Assembly (NCBI RefSeq): GCF_000143415.4
Contig: NW_003314319.1
Span: 68,954 to 132,953 of the forward strand
Length of the DNA stretch: 64,000 bases
Source of the DNA: Selaginella moellendorffii
Taxonomy: Eukaryota > Plantae > Lycopodiophyta
Direction: 5' to 3'
Shown piece after piece: positions 40,178 to 51,363 of the stretch (positions within the stretch are counted from its first letter, which is position 1; every line of letters begins with the position of its first letter). The notes under the pieces are model-generated. The model made no database searches, had not been told where the DNA came from, and saw only the letters and a list, made by a program, of their open reading frames with translations. The position numbers and the translations under genes are program-made.

Positions 40178-43100
40178 ATGGTAAGTTTTTTAGGCCAAGT
40201 AGAAAATGGCATGAGGCCACATGCCATTCAGTAGCAACATTGGCATGCACCGATTGGGCTCTCGAGTGCAGTCCGGTTACAGATAGCGTGTAGCCTCACG
40301 CCATCTTAGGATGCAGCCTCAAGACATCTGATGCAGTGGTGAATGGCGTGTGGCCTCATGTTATTTCCAGCTGCTAGCTTTTCATCTGTCAGCTCTAATT
40401 GTTGTGCATTTCTGAACAGGCGAGGAATTGCGTTCTTCTTCCAGCCACTGTCAATGTGGATGCAGAGAAGGGGGAGGAGCTCACCAGTTGGACTTTCGGG
40501 ATGGAAGGCGAGGATCTGAGGCTGTACAACACAGATGGTGGGAGAAAAGAATGCATGGGGATCCTCATCCAAGTGACAAACACTCCATGCAGTTCCATGC
40601 AAGAATATGGACTGGCACTTGTGGTAGAGACAGCGTCCGCCTTCAAGATCCACCTTGCACATCCTAGCGGCTTCCCGGAGGGGGCAGCGGCTATGAGGAA
40701 TTCCTAGAAGGAGCTAGGGAGAGGTTGTCCAGGAGGCCCACAATTTCAAAGACGCTGCGGGTCTATGAAGATCACATGGAATCCACGGACCTCACCTACG
40801 GCGATGTTCAAAAACTATATTCCAACATTGAGCCATTGAGAGTGACTCCAGTTCGCGAAGCGAAGGGGAAGGGGGTCGATCTGGAAACTACCCCGAAGCA
40901 GAAAAGGGTGGTCAAGCTCAAGCCGACATCCGACTCTCCTGCTCCAAAAAAGAAGCTACTCGGTGATGCCATTGCCTCGGGTTCGAACACTACACCCACC
41001 AAAAAGAAGAGCAGCAAAGAGCAGAAAGAGCAAGAAGAGGCAGCAAAAATCGTCGCAGATAATAGTACTTGTTACTATTCCAACAAAGTATATACAATCG
41101 ACGTGAGCCACATCGACATCCAAAGCAAATAAAACCACAGGCTAGTATCTGATGAGTGGGTGGAGAAACTGAAGCAGAAGATGCTGGCAAGTCCAGTAAC
41201 ACCCGACATCGCAGACGTGATCCCCTACTACCGAACAATGAAGGGCGAGACGAAGTTTCCAGACTTGATCAATAGGAAGGTGTTGGACGATCAGAACATC
41301 CGGTTCTATGCCGTCTCCGGGCAGCATTCTAGCTTGGCGATGCAAGAGATAGTTGTGGATATTATGGTTGGTGAGGAGGTGAAGAAAGTCTTCAAGACAA
41401 GAGTTGTCCGCCTGATAAAAGGCAACTCGCCCCTCCGATCTATTATATACATCTCCCACGCGCAGAATGTCAAGCAAGAAACGTGCTACAAATCGGGTCT
41501 GCACGAGACATTGGCACGAACACGAAAGCTTTGGGTTCAACTGAAGAAGCCACAAAAACCAGGACAAGGACGTGCACTAGCAACTAGCGCCTGGCAGGTA
41601 AGCCTCGTTGCATGTGGCATAGCATGTGGCCTCACGCCATTTCCATTGCAGGAATTCTCGAGTCTTCTCTCGAAAACACTGGGGGTCAATGACACACTCA
41701 GCATCCATAACATTCTACTCGCGACAAAAGTTGTTTTTGACAAATGGGTAGATGTGTTGAGGAGGTACCATGACGGGGAGTTGCTAAACTCAATGGGTGT
41801 GGAGGACGGCCGGAAGCCCAATGATTTGAAGCTCAACGCCTTGGGTTTCTCGCGGTCTCTAGATGACGACGACCTTCTGACAGTGGCTAATGCTCTTCTA
41901 TGTGGTGAGGTAGTCTTCAACAAGACCAAAATGACTCCCGGCCATATTGTGACATACGAGGACTTGTGCACGACCCTGAGAGCTCGTGCGCTATTGAAGG
42001 ATTGGATCTTCGAGCAAGTGGCTGTGGAGAGGGTGAGCATCGACACCACGCAAGAGATGATGGAAGAGCTGGAGTTGTCAAATGAAGACATCAACGAGTA
42101 CGTGAAGGGGGCCCCCAAGTTCATCGATCTGCTGCGGGATGCCACGAAAAGTAAAGCTAAGAAGTTGGATCAGTATCCAAATTTCATTAAAAGGGATGTC
42201 GACCGCCGGCTTCAGAAACAGCTCGACCCCGCAGCAGAGGCCTATCGAGAACCTTACCGGGTATACGTGAATTCGGATGAGGATCAAAGGTGGAGGAGCA
42301 TCATTTCTCGCGGAGATGAGCAGGTCAAGAACATCTTTTGTGTGATGGACTTCACAAACGAGGAGATCACTCATGCAGACGAAGTCAACTCCATCATTGA
42401 CTTAATGGTGGGACTTGCAGAGGTGGAATCTTCAGTCCACTATATGATCTACGACTCCGAATCCTATCACAAGTTCTGGAAGGCCTTGAACGAGGTGAAG
42501 ACTCGGTTGAAAGGCAAGGAGATGCGGGAGATCCATGTGATAATAGCTAAGAAGAAGATACCGATGAATGTCCGCATCTTCACACTCGCCCTTGTTATTG
42601 GTCCTGCAGCAGAGTGGGACTGGAGTGACTTCCCAGCTTCGTTCGACAAGGCCGATCGAATTGATCTGAGGGAAGTCAATTTACCCGTGCCTGAGGAACT
42701 GAAGACGGCTATGGAGCTTTCGAATCCATAGAAAGCTCTAGGTGCAGCATGGGAAATGCTCAACTGGGTCTTCAACGCAATAGCGGGTGGGTCACCTGCT
42801 TCCGACTCCAAGGGCAAATGCGTTGTCGAGTACAACTGCGGCGGACTATTCTTTCGAGCCGCACTACTCAAGGGTGTCCCGTGTGTTGCAGTGACAAACT
42901 CCATTGAAGAGGTGACTTCAATGGAGCATATAATTACAGTTGCCAAAGAAAAACAGTATCTTCTCTACGAACCTAGTGAGTACGCACTTTAAGTTTAAAT
43001 GTTATCTCACAAGCTCTGTATGCAGGAGCATGGCCACCCCCAGATGCTGAAACGGCGTTAACAGCTACTGTTGAAGATACCCATGTTGGGCCGAGCTCAC

Positions 43101-46100
43101 AACCTGCACAAGGTAAGGTCACGTGAGGCCTCACGCCATTTTGATTATAGATCGTTGTGAATATTCAGACACGAGGACTGAAAAGTGCACTGGTGGCGCG
43201 TCGAAGAAGGACAAACAGACAAGCAATAGGAAAAAAGGAGGTACAAATTATATTTGCAATGGCGTGTGGTCTCATGCCATTCCTTGCAGGAGACACTTCT
43301 TCAAAGGCAAAACAGGCAAGCACCAGCCAAGTACAACGGACGAGAGGTACCAATCATTTTTGTTATACGTGAATTCTCATGCCATTGCTTCTTGCAGCTC
43401 AAATTACAAAGAGACTAGGGCAAGCAGCGCAGACCTCATGACAAGAACCTGAAGGTTTGATGGCGTGTGGCCCCATGCAATTAACTAATGTTCTTGCAGA
43501 TCGCGTCGAGGAAATCGAACGGAACAACGTGCCTCCAGTGGAGGAGGGGGAGGCCTCGGAGAGTGATAAGGAGAGTTCCGAAACAGGTACGATCATGACA
43601 TATGGCCCCATGCACTTATCTAAGTTTGTATTTCAGGGGAACGAGTTGAACCAATGGAAAACTTTATGAAAGGTAACTTAAAAATATTATGGGATGTTGC
43701 ATGTGTTGATGCAATAATATACAGTTCAAGTGCCAAGGAGACGTCGTGAACCTCGAATTAGGCTACCTGCAAAACAGCTTTTAGACGCTATAGACAAAGA
43801 GATGGACAACTGACCAGGGCAGAGGAGGAAGGGTAAAAGCATTTGTGTGCTTATCGCGTATGTCCTCATGCTATTTCTGTAGAACAGGCGCATAAGAAAC
43901 GAAAGCGAAAGGGAATTGAGGAGCAGGCACCTGAGGATGCGGAAGGCATGACAGAGCCTCCAAGGACGGGAAGTAAAGCGTCATGGTTATTGCGTGGGTC
44001 CTCATGCCATTTCTTGCAGATCAAGCTCAAACTGACAGTGGTCATAAAAAGCGAAAGCACGTTGGACAGTCGTCGGGATCAGAGGCGTTTGATTCGAAAA
44101 GGAAGAAGGGCAACAAAAAGATGATAGGTAATGCCTCATGGTTATGGCGTGTGTGCTCATGCCATTCATTGCAGATCAAGGGCTGAGTGAAAGCAGCCAG
44201 TCACCACCTCCTGACTCAGATTCCTATGGCGGACTCCCCTTCCCCAATCTCAATGGAGAGGTACAATGGATGAGGGATGCTTTTCAAGTCAGGGCCACGT
44301 TTTTCTCATCTCGTCGTCTTCGAAGGGTGCAAGAACGTGCAGAAACCATGTTAAGACAGTCGGGTGAGGATACGATCCTAGGTCACTCACTAAAACAGGC
44401 TATGGATGTCTTGTATTTTGAGATGGAGACTCGGCCAGATGATTTTCCCAAGATGGTCCTGGAAGAACAAGCCATCCAGTCTGAGCAGCCTATGGAAGAA
44501 ATGCAGGAGGGGGATGAGGAGCCAGAGAAAGATAATGAGCAGGAAGAGCAGAAGGACAAAGAGGAGGACGAAGAAGAGGAGGACGAAGAGGACTTGGATG
44601 GTCCTCACAATGGTGAAGATCACAATAACGACGACAACGATGATGACGACAATGGCCAGCCTGAGGTGGCCAAAGAGCAGCGGAGGAAGGTCATACAAGA
44701 CAAACCATTAGGTAAATAATAGTACATCCATTCCTAACCTTTTACCATTTCTAACATTGTCCATATAGGTCGCAGAGCAAATGGTAAGTAGAGATTATTC
44801 AGTTGAATTAAGATACAAACTCTAGCCTTTAGTGTCGAGGAAGGATAGTGCCAAGCAAGGGTCGAAACGTATGTCCAATCCTTCAGAATCAGCAGTGCGC
44901 CCAAGTGATATCGGTCCTAGTTCCTCAATAGCAATTGATGGTAAATACAGTATAGTCGATTCAATGTGCTAATGAGTTTGTTTTTAGTAGCACGGGAGGA
45001 TACCATCTCAATCGAAGGGAGATATTTGGACATGCATATGGATCCGCCAGTGGACTCCACTTGCCTGCAAGAGTCATCAGAGCTGGTGGAGGCTACTATC
45101 CATATCAACGCCAAGCAAGCTGACCACGCTCCACTTGATGCTGCCCATACCACTGAGTCAATCTTGTCCACGTATCCAACTGACGGTGACCAGGTGCCAT
45201 TGGACCCGCATGAGGCCGCCCCAGCTGCCGAGCCGGTCGTATCCTCATTTCCAACAGACTCAACGTGTGCCCAATCGTCTGACTACGCACCGTTGGAACC
45301 TCCCTACACCGCCCCTGCTACCTGTTCGGTCATGTCCACTTTGCCAACAGAGGCACCAGCTGAAATGGCGTGTGATCACACGCCATCGGAACCACCCCAT
45401 ACCACTGTTGAGCCAATTGTACCAGAGTCTACAGCTGAAATGGCATGTGCCCACACGCCATCGGATGCGATTGACCCCACATTGCAGAGGAGAGTATTTT
45501 TGCCCTTCATGTTTCCTCGACCAAAACCCTCTCAACGACCATCAGGAGCACCATTCGCTAATATTGTAAATGGTAAAATTGACTTGTACCATTTTTTATG
45601 CTGATGCATTTCATTTCAGAGTCACGGCGAAGGTACTGTATCGTTTTTTATCTGAACGGTGTCCTTTTCTCCCATGAGCGTGGCTCGTCCTCAAATGTCA
45701 CTGCACCCTCCAAAGCCTGCGATCGCAAGTTGGTCAAAAGAGACAGATTCACATTAATCACACAGGAGAAACTGCGGGATCTAATAATGATCATGCGACA
45801 CTTAAAACAGAGGGCCGGGTTCAATTTGCAATTGGGAGTTTGGACATCCATGATGCGCCACAATGCATTAACGTTGCTACAGATGATGCACGATCAGACG
45901 CGAGTAATATTACCATTTGACTTTCTCCTAACGCAGGAGGATTGCTTGACTATAGTCCATGTGAGGGGTAGCAAGCCCATCTTCGTCAAGCCAGAGGCTG
46001 TAGTGATGAACCGGACTGCTAGGTCAAGTGAAATCCTCATCATCGATGACTTGCCGATTAAAACTACAGCGAACACGCACACATATGCTCTTGCAGTATG

Positions 46101-46469
46101 GAAACTAGGGAGAAGAAACCATATGTTCTGGGGGACCTTGCAAAACGGCTTGGAGCGATGGTGATAGAGAACCGGCCAGTCCAGGAGGTGGCTGCAGAAA
46201 TCAACCAAATGGCAGATGGAACGGTATATCAGAAGCCATTTGATCGGACAGACACCAGTCATCATTTATGGCATGTATATTGTCTAGCCAAGCACTATCC
46301 GCATCTCCATAATCTGCTCAACCGGATGGGTTCTTCGACCATTGAACATGAGCGTGGACATATTAGAGAAGAGATGGCATTACTATTGGGTTTAAATCCT
46401 GATAGTGTGGAGAGTGATGAAATTCCAAGATTATTGTATAGGCGTTGGAGGCAAAAAATAACAGTCTGA
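40178..46469 (+). pseudogene. Multi-exon cargo gene of copy Z: ParB/Srx-like, degenerate amino-MTase-like, long disordered linker, FCP1/NIF HAD-phosphatase-like domain
   Basis: ATG 40178-40180, intron to 40419, exon ARNCVLL.... ParB-like YTIDVSHIDIQSK*NHRLVSDEWVEKLKQKM...FYAVSGQHS. More than a dozen GT-AG introns of about 45-56 nt. Terminal exons YCIVFYLNGVLF...LGVWTS...LTQEDC...KPIFVK...ILIIDDLPIK. Whether this is one gene or two is not proven. Confidence 0.65.
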
Positions 46470-47505
46470 GATGGCATGTATTTATTTAAAAATGTAACTT
46501 ATTATGGCATGGGGTTCCATGCCATTGTATTAATATTAAAAGACAATTCTTTGAGAGGATTTGCATTATACTAGAAGTGTTACAGCATGTTATTGGAAGT
46601 CTACGAAGTTGTTTTATTAATAAGGGGAAAGTAAAGATTGAATGGGGACTTGGGCTCCACCTAGACTGGGAGCAACTGAGCCAATATTAAAAGGATGGAA
46701 AGAAATTGGACGACGATGACAAGGAGAAGAGAGAGGTGAAGCAGTGGCAGGGGGAGGAGAAGTGATTGAGTAGACATTTCCTTGTTTAAAATAAAATGGC
46801 ATGTGCCTCAATGCAGTTGAATTTTGTTATATTTATATACTATATAAAGGTTTGGAAACCTTATTTTACAAGTGGGATAATGATAATTCCCACTTTAACG
46901 AAATAGAGCTTCTGGGAAGAAAGATTGTGAGAATTAAAATTACCAATACTAGAACCCATAGACATTTGTGTGTATTTCCCTTTTTTCAAATGAAAGTGTG
47001 AATGAAGATTTCTAAATTCTAAACAGTATGCTATGACAAACCCCTCAAAAATGCATTCTAGAAAGAACCAAGTCCTTCTTTTATATGCAATAAGCTAACA
47101 TCAATGGTTATTTTTTTCCCTTTCAAACAGTTATATGGCTTTACATAGAATCTTATTTCAAATTTAATAATTTTTTAAGTCTGACAAACCTGACATTTAC
47201 TAGCCAAAAAGCACAGAGTACAAAGTTAAAGAAGTTACAAGAATACTCTTTTTGAAAACATTTTATTTTATGTTCTAACAAGTGTCTCTATCATTGCATG
47301 TAGTAAATATTTAAAATATTAGAACAAGAAGTGTCCTTTAAAACATTTTTATCTATATAATATATAGAGAATTATGAAATTATTAGGTTCGCCATAACCT
47401 TAAAATTTTAAAGTTTATAATGTTTGTACTAAATTACAATTGAAAATTGAGCTCAACTCGTGAGCTCAACTCTTCAACTCGTGAGCTCAAGTATGGTCCG
47501 CGCCC

Positions 47506-50500
47506 GTCCATGTGAGGCCACCAAAAGTCCCGTGCAACCAGCTCATAGGTTTTTGCAATGCTGAAGTGACCAGCAGTCAGGATATTGTGGCACGCCATCA
47601 GGACCAACCTTCGAGCATCACCTTTAGGAACCTAAAGCTGCTCCCCACGGTACAACAAGCCATCTAAGAACTCGAACTCGTCAAATCGCCGGCAGTTGGG
47701 AGTCACTAGGTGTCCAGCTTAAAGATGGGGAAAAATATCACTAGCGAGCTCGTCGGATTGAAGATCGTTTCTGATGGCATCCATCAAGGAGGAGTCCTGA
47801 GGGGCCCGGGAAATTGCCATAACTTGAAGCCGATCAAGACCGAGGATAATTTGATCCTGTTGATCGAAGGCAGGATTACCAAGCTTGAGACTGAGATAGT
47901 AGTGCCTTGAAAGAGCATCAGGAAGGCCTTGAAGCTTTCCAGGTCTGTACTTGATAACAAAGTCAAACCAACTTAGGAATTATGCCCACCTTGCCTAACG
48001 ACAGCTCAAAACTCGGGAAGTGGCAAAGTACTCGAGATTTTTGTGATCCATCCAAACCGTTGTTTGATGGCTCGCCCCCTCCAAGAAACAACGCCACTCT
48101 CCAAAAGAATCCACGATGGCAAGGAGCTCCTTGTTGTGAATTTCATAATTGATTTCCGCAAGCTGGAATTTCTGAGAATGGAAAGCGACCGGATGAAATT
48201 CCTTATCCGCTCCGAGTTGAGACAACACAGCACCGATGGCAAAGTTGAAGGCGTTAGCCTCGATGAAGAAAGGTTGTGAGGGATTAGCATGGATCAAGAT
48301 GGGAGCAGAACTAAAGGCCACCTTGAGTGTGTCGAAGGCCTGTTGGGCAGCAGCAGACCAAGAAAAGGGAACATCCTTACGAGTGAGATGCGTGAGAGGA
48401 AGGACAATGTCAGAGTAGTGATCAATGAATTTGCGGTAAAAGTTGGCGAAGCCAAGGAAAACCTGAATATCCAACATTGATTGTGGAGGCTCCCATTCGA
48501 GAATAGTCTTGACTTTGGCAGGATCCATCGTGATACCCTCAGAAATGACAAGGAACTCCATAGACTCTTGATCGAAGGAACATTTCTCAAGCTTCGCGTA
48601 TAGGCCGTGTTCCCGGAACTTCGCCACCACCTTTTGCACATGCTCGTCATGCTCCTCCTGAGTTTTTGAGTAGATGAGGATGTCGTCGAGGTAGACGATC
48701 ACCATTTGATCAAGAAACTCCCGAAAGACGTCGTTCACCGTGTGTTGGAAAACTGCTAGAGCATTTGTCAAGCCAAATGGCATGACAGTGTACTCAAAGT
48801 GGCTATAGTGGGTTCGGAACACAGTCTTCCATTCATTGCCAAGTCAGATCCGAATTAGGTTGTATGCTTGATAGAAGTTGATCTTGGTGAAGAAACGGGC
48901 ACCACCGAGGCGTTCCAATAGGTCCGAGATCAGGGGCAGCAAATAACGGTTCCAAACAGTCACCTTGTTCAAACCTTAGTAGTTAATGACTAGCCGCAAA
49001 CTCCCATCCTTCTTCTTGACAAAGAAGACAGGCGCTCCAACCGGGGACTGCGAATGTTGAATGTACCCCGAGGGAAAGTTTTCATCCACGTACTCTTTAA
49101 GGGCTTTAAGCTCGGACAGGGATAACCCGCAGATAGGCCCCCACGGAGGTGATTCTCCTTTCTGTAAATCAATAGGACAATCATAAGGCCAATGAATAGG
49201 CAGTACACTAGCTTTTTTCTTGTCAAACACATCCTCAAAATCATGATACTTCTCAGGAAGACTGACAGGAGAAACATGCAAAGCAAAAAGGAAAAAAACT
49301 TCTTCATGAAGGAGTTCTTTCATAGTGATTGTGGAGATAGAAGGAGGTGTATAACTAAATGGAATGATGAGATGAGGATACTGTCTAGTATAAGATGGAA
49401 GAGAGGGAAAAGAAGAGGGTGAAAACTTCATAGAGTCAAGAACAAAACCTTGATTTAAGTTTAGGGAACTTTTCTTGATTCGGACTCGATGAGCAGCAGG
49501 GGAAGCCGTGGAAAATGGTGACGTGGGAGAGACGAGCTGTAACTCCCTCCAACAGATCTGAGATTGGTGTAGTTGGAACCAAGGAAGGTCGAGCACTATA
49601 GAGGAGGACTTGCTATTGATGATGTTAAAGGTGATATCGGTGACAGTGGATCTGATGTGTACTCAAACAGGCAACGTTTCCCTAAATCCAGAAGATGGAG
49701 ACATAAAATGCCCGCCGATGCCTTCAACCCTTAGATCCCATATAGTAGGAGAAAGACAAACGTGATGTCAGGCAGCAAAGTCCGTGTCTATGAAGCAGGA
49801 AGTTACACCCAAGTCCAATAGCGGCAGAGCCTTGAGTCCTAATTGTCCGGTGAAAAAAAGGAGACATGGGATGCAAAAGTTGCAGGAATTGGTGGTGGCT
49901 TTGATGAAAGGTGGTGAGGAGTTTGATAAAGAAGAAAAGTGATTTTTATTTGGGGAGTCCAAACAGACAGCTCTTACTCTGTTTGGACAAGGTTGTTTCC
50001 CGACTGCAATAGAGGTGGACCTTGAGGCAAAGTGAACTCGAGCAGTTGGGGAGGCTTCTTGGGACACACAGCTGCTTTATGATTAGGATCAGCACAGTAG
50101 AGGCAAAGATTATGAGATATTCGACATTACTTCTCAGCAGGACTCAACTTCCCTTTGATGAGTCAGGGAGTACCAGAAATATCTATCGGGACTGGAGTAG
50201 TAGGTTCAGGAGTATGCCCCAAAGACTCAAGCTGGGATTCATGAGTCTGGGACGGGAAAACGGTGGTGCGGCGACTTTCTTGACAACGTTCAAAGAGATG
50301 ATTGTCGCATTAAACAGCTTTGTTGATGGCGTCCGACAGGTCCATGGGATCCTCCATGGTGAGTAACAAATCCTTGACACTGTTGTTGATGCTGAAACGA
50401 AATTGATCAATCATGGCCCACTCATCCCACTGAGTGTCCAAAGCAAGGAGTTGGAACTTTGCAGCATAGATCGAGGCAGAACGAGACCCTTGAGAGAGAC

Positions 50501-50946
50501 GTCTCATCTTTGTGGTGGCAGCTCAAGCCCGATCCGTCTTGCCAAAACATGCTTCAAGCTTCTCTTTGAACAACTGAAGATCCATCAACTCCAGAACCAC
50601 GACCCCTTTCATATTCTTCTCCAAGAGAGGAAAAAACCATGACAAAGTTGCACCTTTGAGCAACGTCCTGATCGCACCAATTTGAGACTCGGGAGTGGGG
50701 TACCGCCAATGTTGAAGTGCAAAGATCAACTCCATTTAGTTCAGGAATCCGCAAAGCTCCAAACACTTGCCTGAAAATTTCACCGAGAAACTCACCATTG
50801 GTTTAGGAACTTTGCTTGATCCTTGAGCCGAATGTGAAGCAAGCTCCTGTTGCATGCGAAGAAGGGTTACCTTGAGCTCGGTATTCTCAGATTGGATTTT
50901 TGCAAGGACTTTGGCAAAGAAATCAGGATGGCTTGGAGACTTCATC
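47506..50946 (-). pseudogene. Chromovirus gag-protease-RT-RNaseH-integrase N-terminus (decayed)
   Basis: Gag KPMVSFSVKFSG and QGSRSASIYAAKF; protease LLDLGVTSCFID; RT MPFGLTNA and YLDD; RNase H NYEIHNKELLAIV. Confidence 0.92.
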
Positions 50947-51041
50947 GGCAAAGAAGAATGAAAAAGGGGAAAAAGGAAAAGGCAGTCAAACAATCAAAAC
51001 AAGCTAAAACAAAAATGAAAAAACCACAATTTGAATCAAAC

Positions 51042-51363
51042 TGTCAAGACCCTCAACAAGATCAAGACTGGAAATGCAGAAGATAAAGAGAAAAGCTAGT
51101 GGAAATGAAGAAAAAACCTTAGACTGGCATTGATTCAGATTGTGGAGAAATGGAACAAGGCTAACCTATATATACTATAGGTTGATGAAGCTCCACCACT
51201 CTTGGATCAAGGACGGCTTAAATATAGCTGAGGTTGAGGAGGCGCTATGTCATCATCTGGAATGTGGCTCAAGACTCAAGAATCATATAGGAAATTAGAG
51301 AGTCAGGAATAGAGAAGTATCTCGAGAGTCAGGAATGTGGCAAGAATTGGGAGATTCCTAACA
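51042..51363 (-). repeat. 5' LTR of the chromovirus
   Basis: Direct repeat of 24049-24407; TATA-like TATATATA at about 51168-51175. Confidence 0.9.

Larger units (their letters stand above)
36739..46911 (-). mobile_element. Sola-like DNA transposon copy Z, complete ends, non-autonomous, 10,173 bp
   Basis: TIRs 36739-36767 and 46883-46911 (27/29 match, AAGCTYTATTTCGTTAAAGTGGGA...). Perfect 4-bp TSD CTGG (36735-36738, 46912-46915). Confidence 0.92.
25697..47505 (+). mobile_element. Non-TIR Mutator-like (MULE) DNA transposon with cargo genes (about 11.6 kb excluding nested copy Z)
   Basis: Removing it restores integrase DFWWPH-M-D-DYIKAF. Termini GGG...CCC. 9-bp TSD GTCCATGTG (47506-47514) versus ATCTATGTA (25688-25696; three transitions). 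Subterminal TTGAGCTCAA repeats at both ends. MULE transposase inside. Confidence 0.8.
24049..51363 (-). mobile_element. Chromovirus (Ty3/gypsy with chromodomain, Tcn1/Tf1-like), split by a 21.8-kb MULE-like insertion
   Basis: LTRs 24049-24407 and 51042-51363 (TG..CA). PPT next to 24408. Decayed 5-bp TSD GTGGA/ATGGG. Order gag-PR-RT-RH-INT-chromodomain on the minus strand. Confidence 0.9.

Noticed and set aside
43113-44174. Regularly spaced palindromic repeats with unique spacers resembling a CRISPR array
   Set aside because: Eukaryotic context. The repeats are degenerate and sit inside GT-AG introns, the spacers are long and exon-like, and there are no cas genes.
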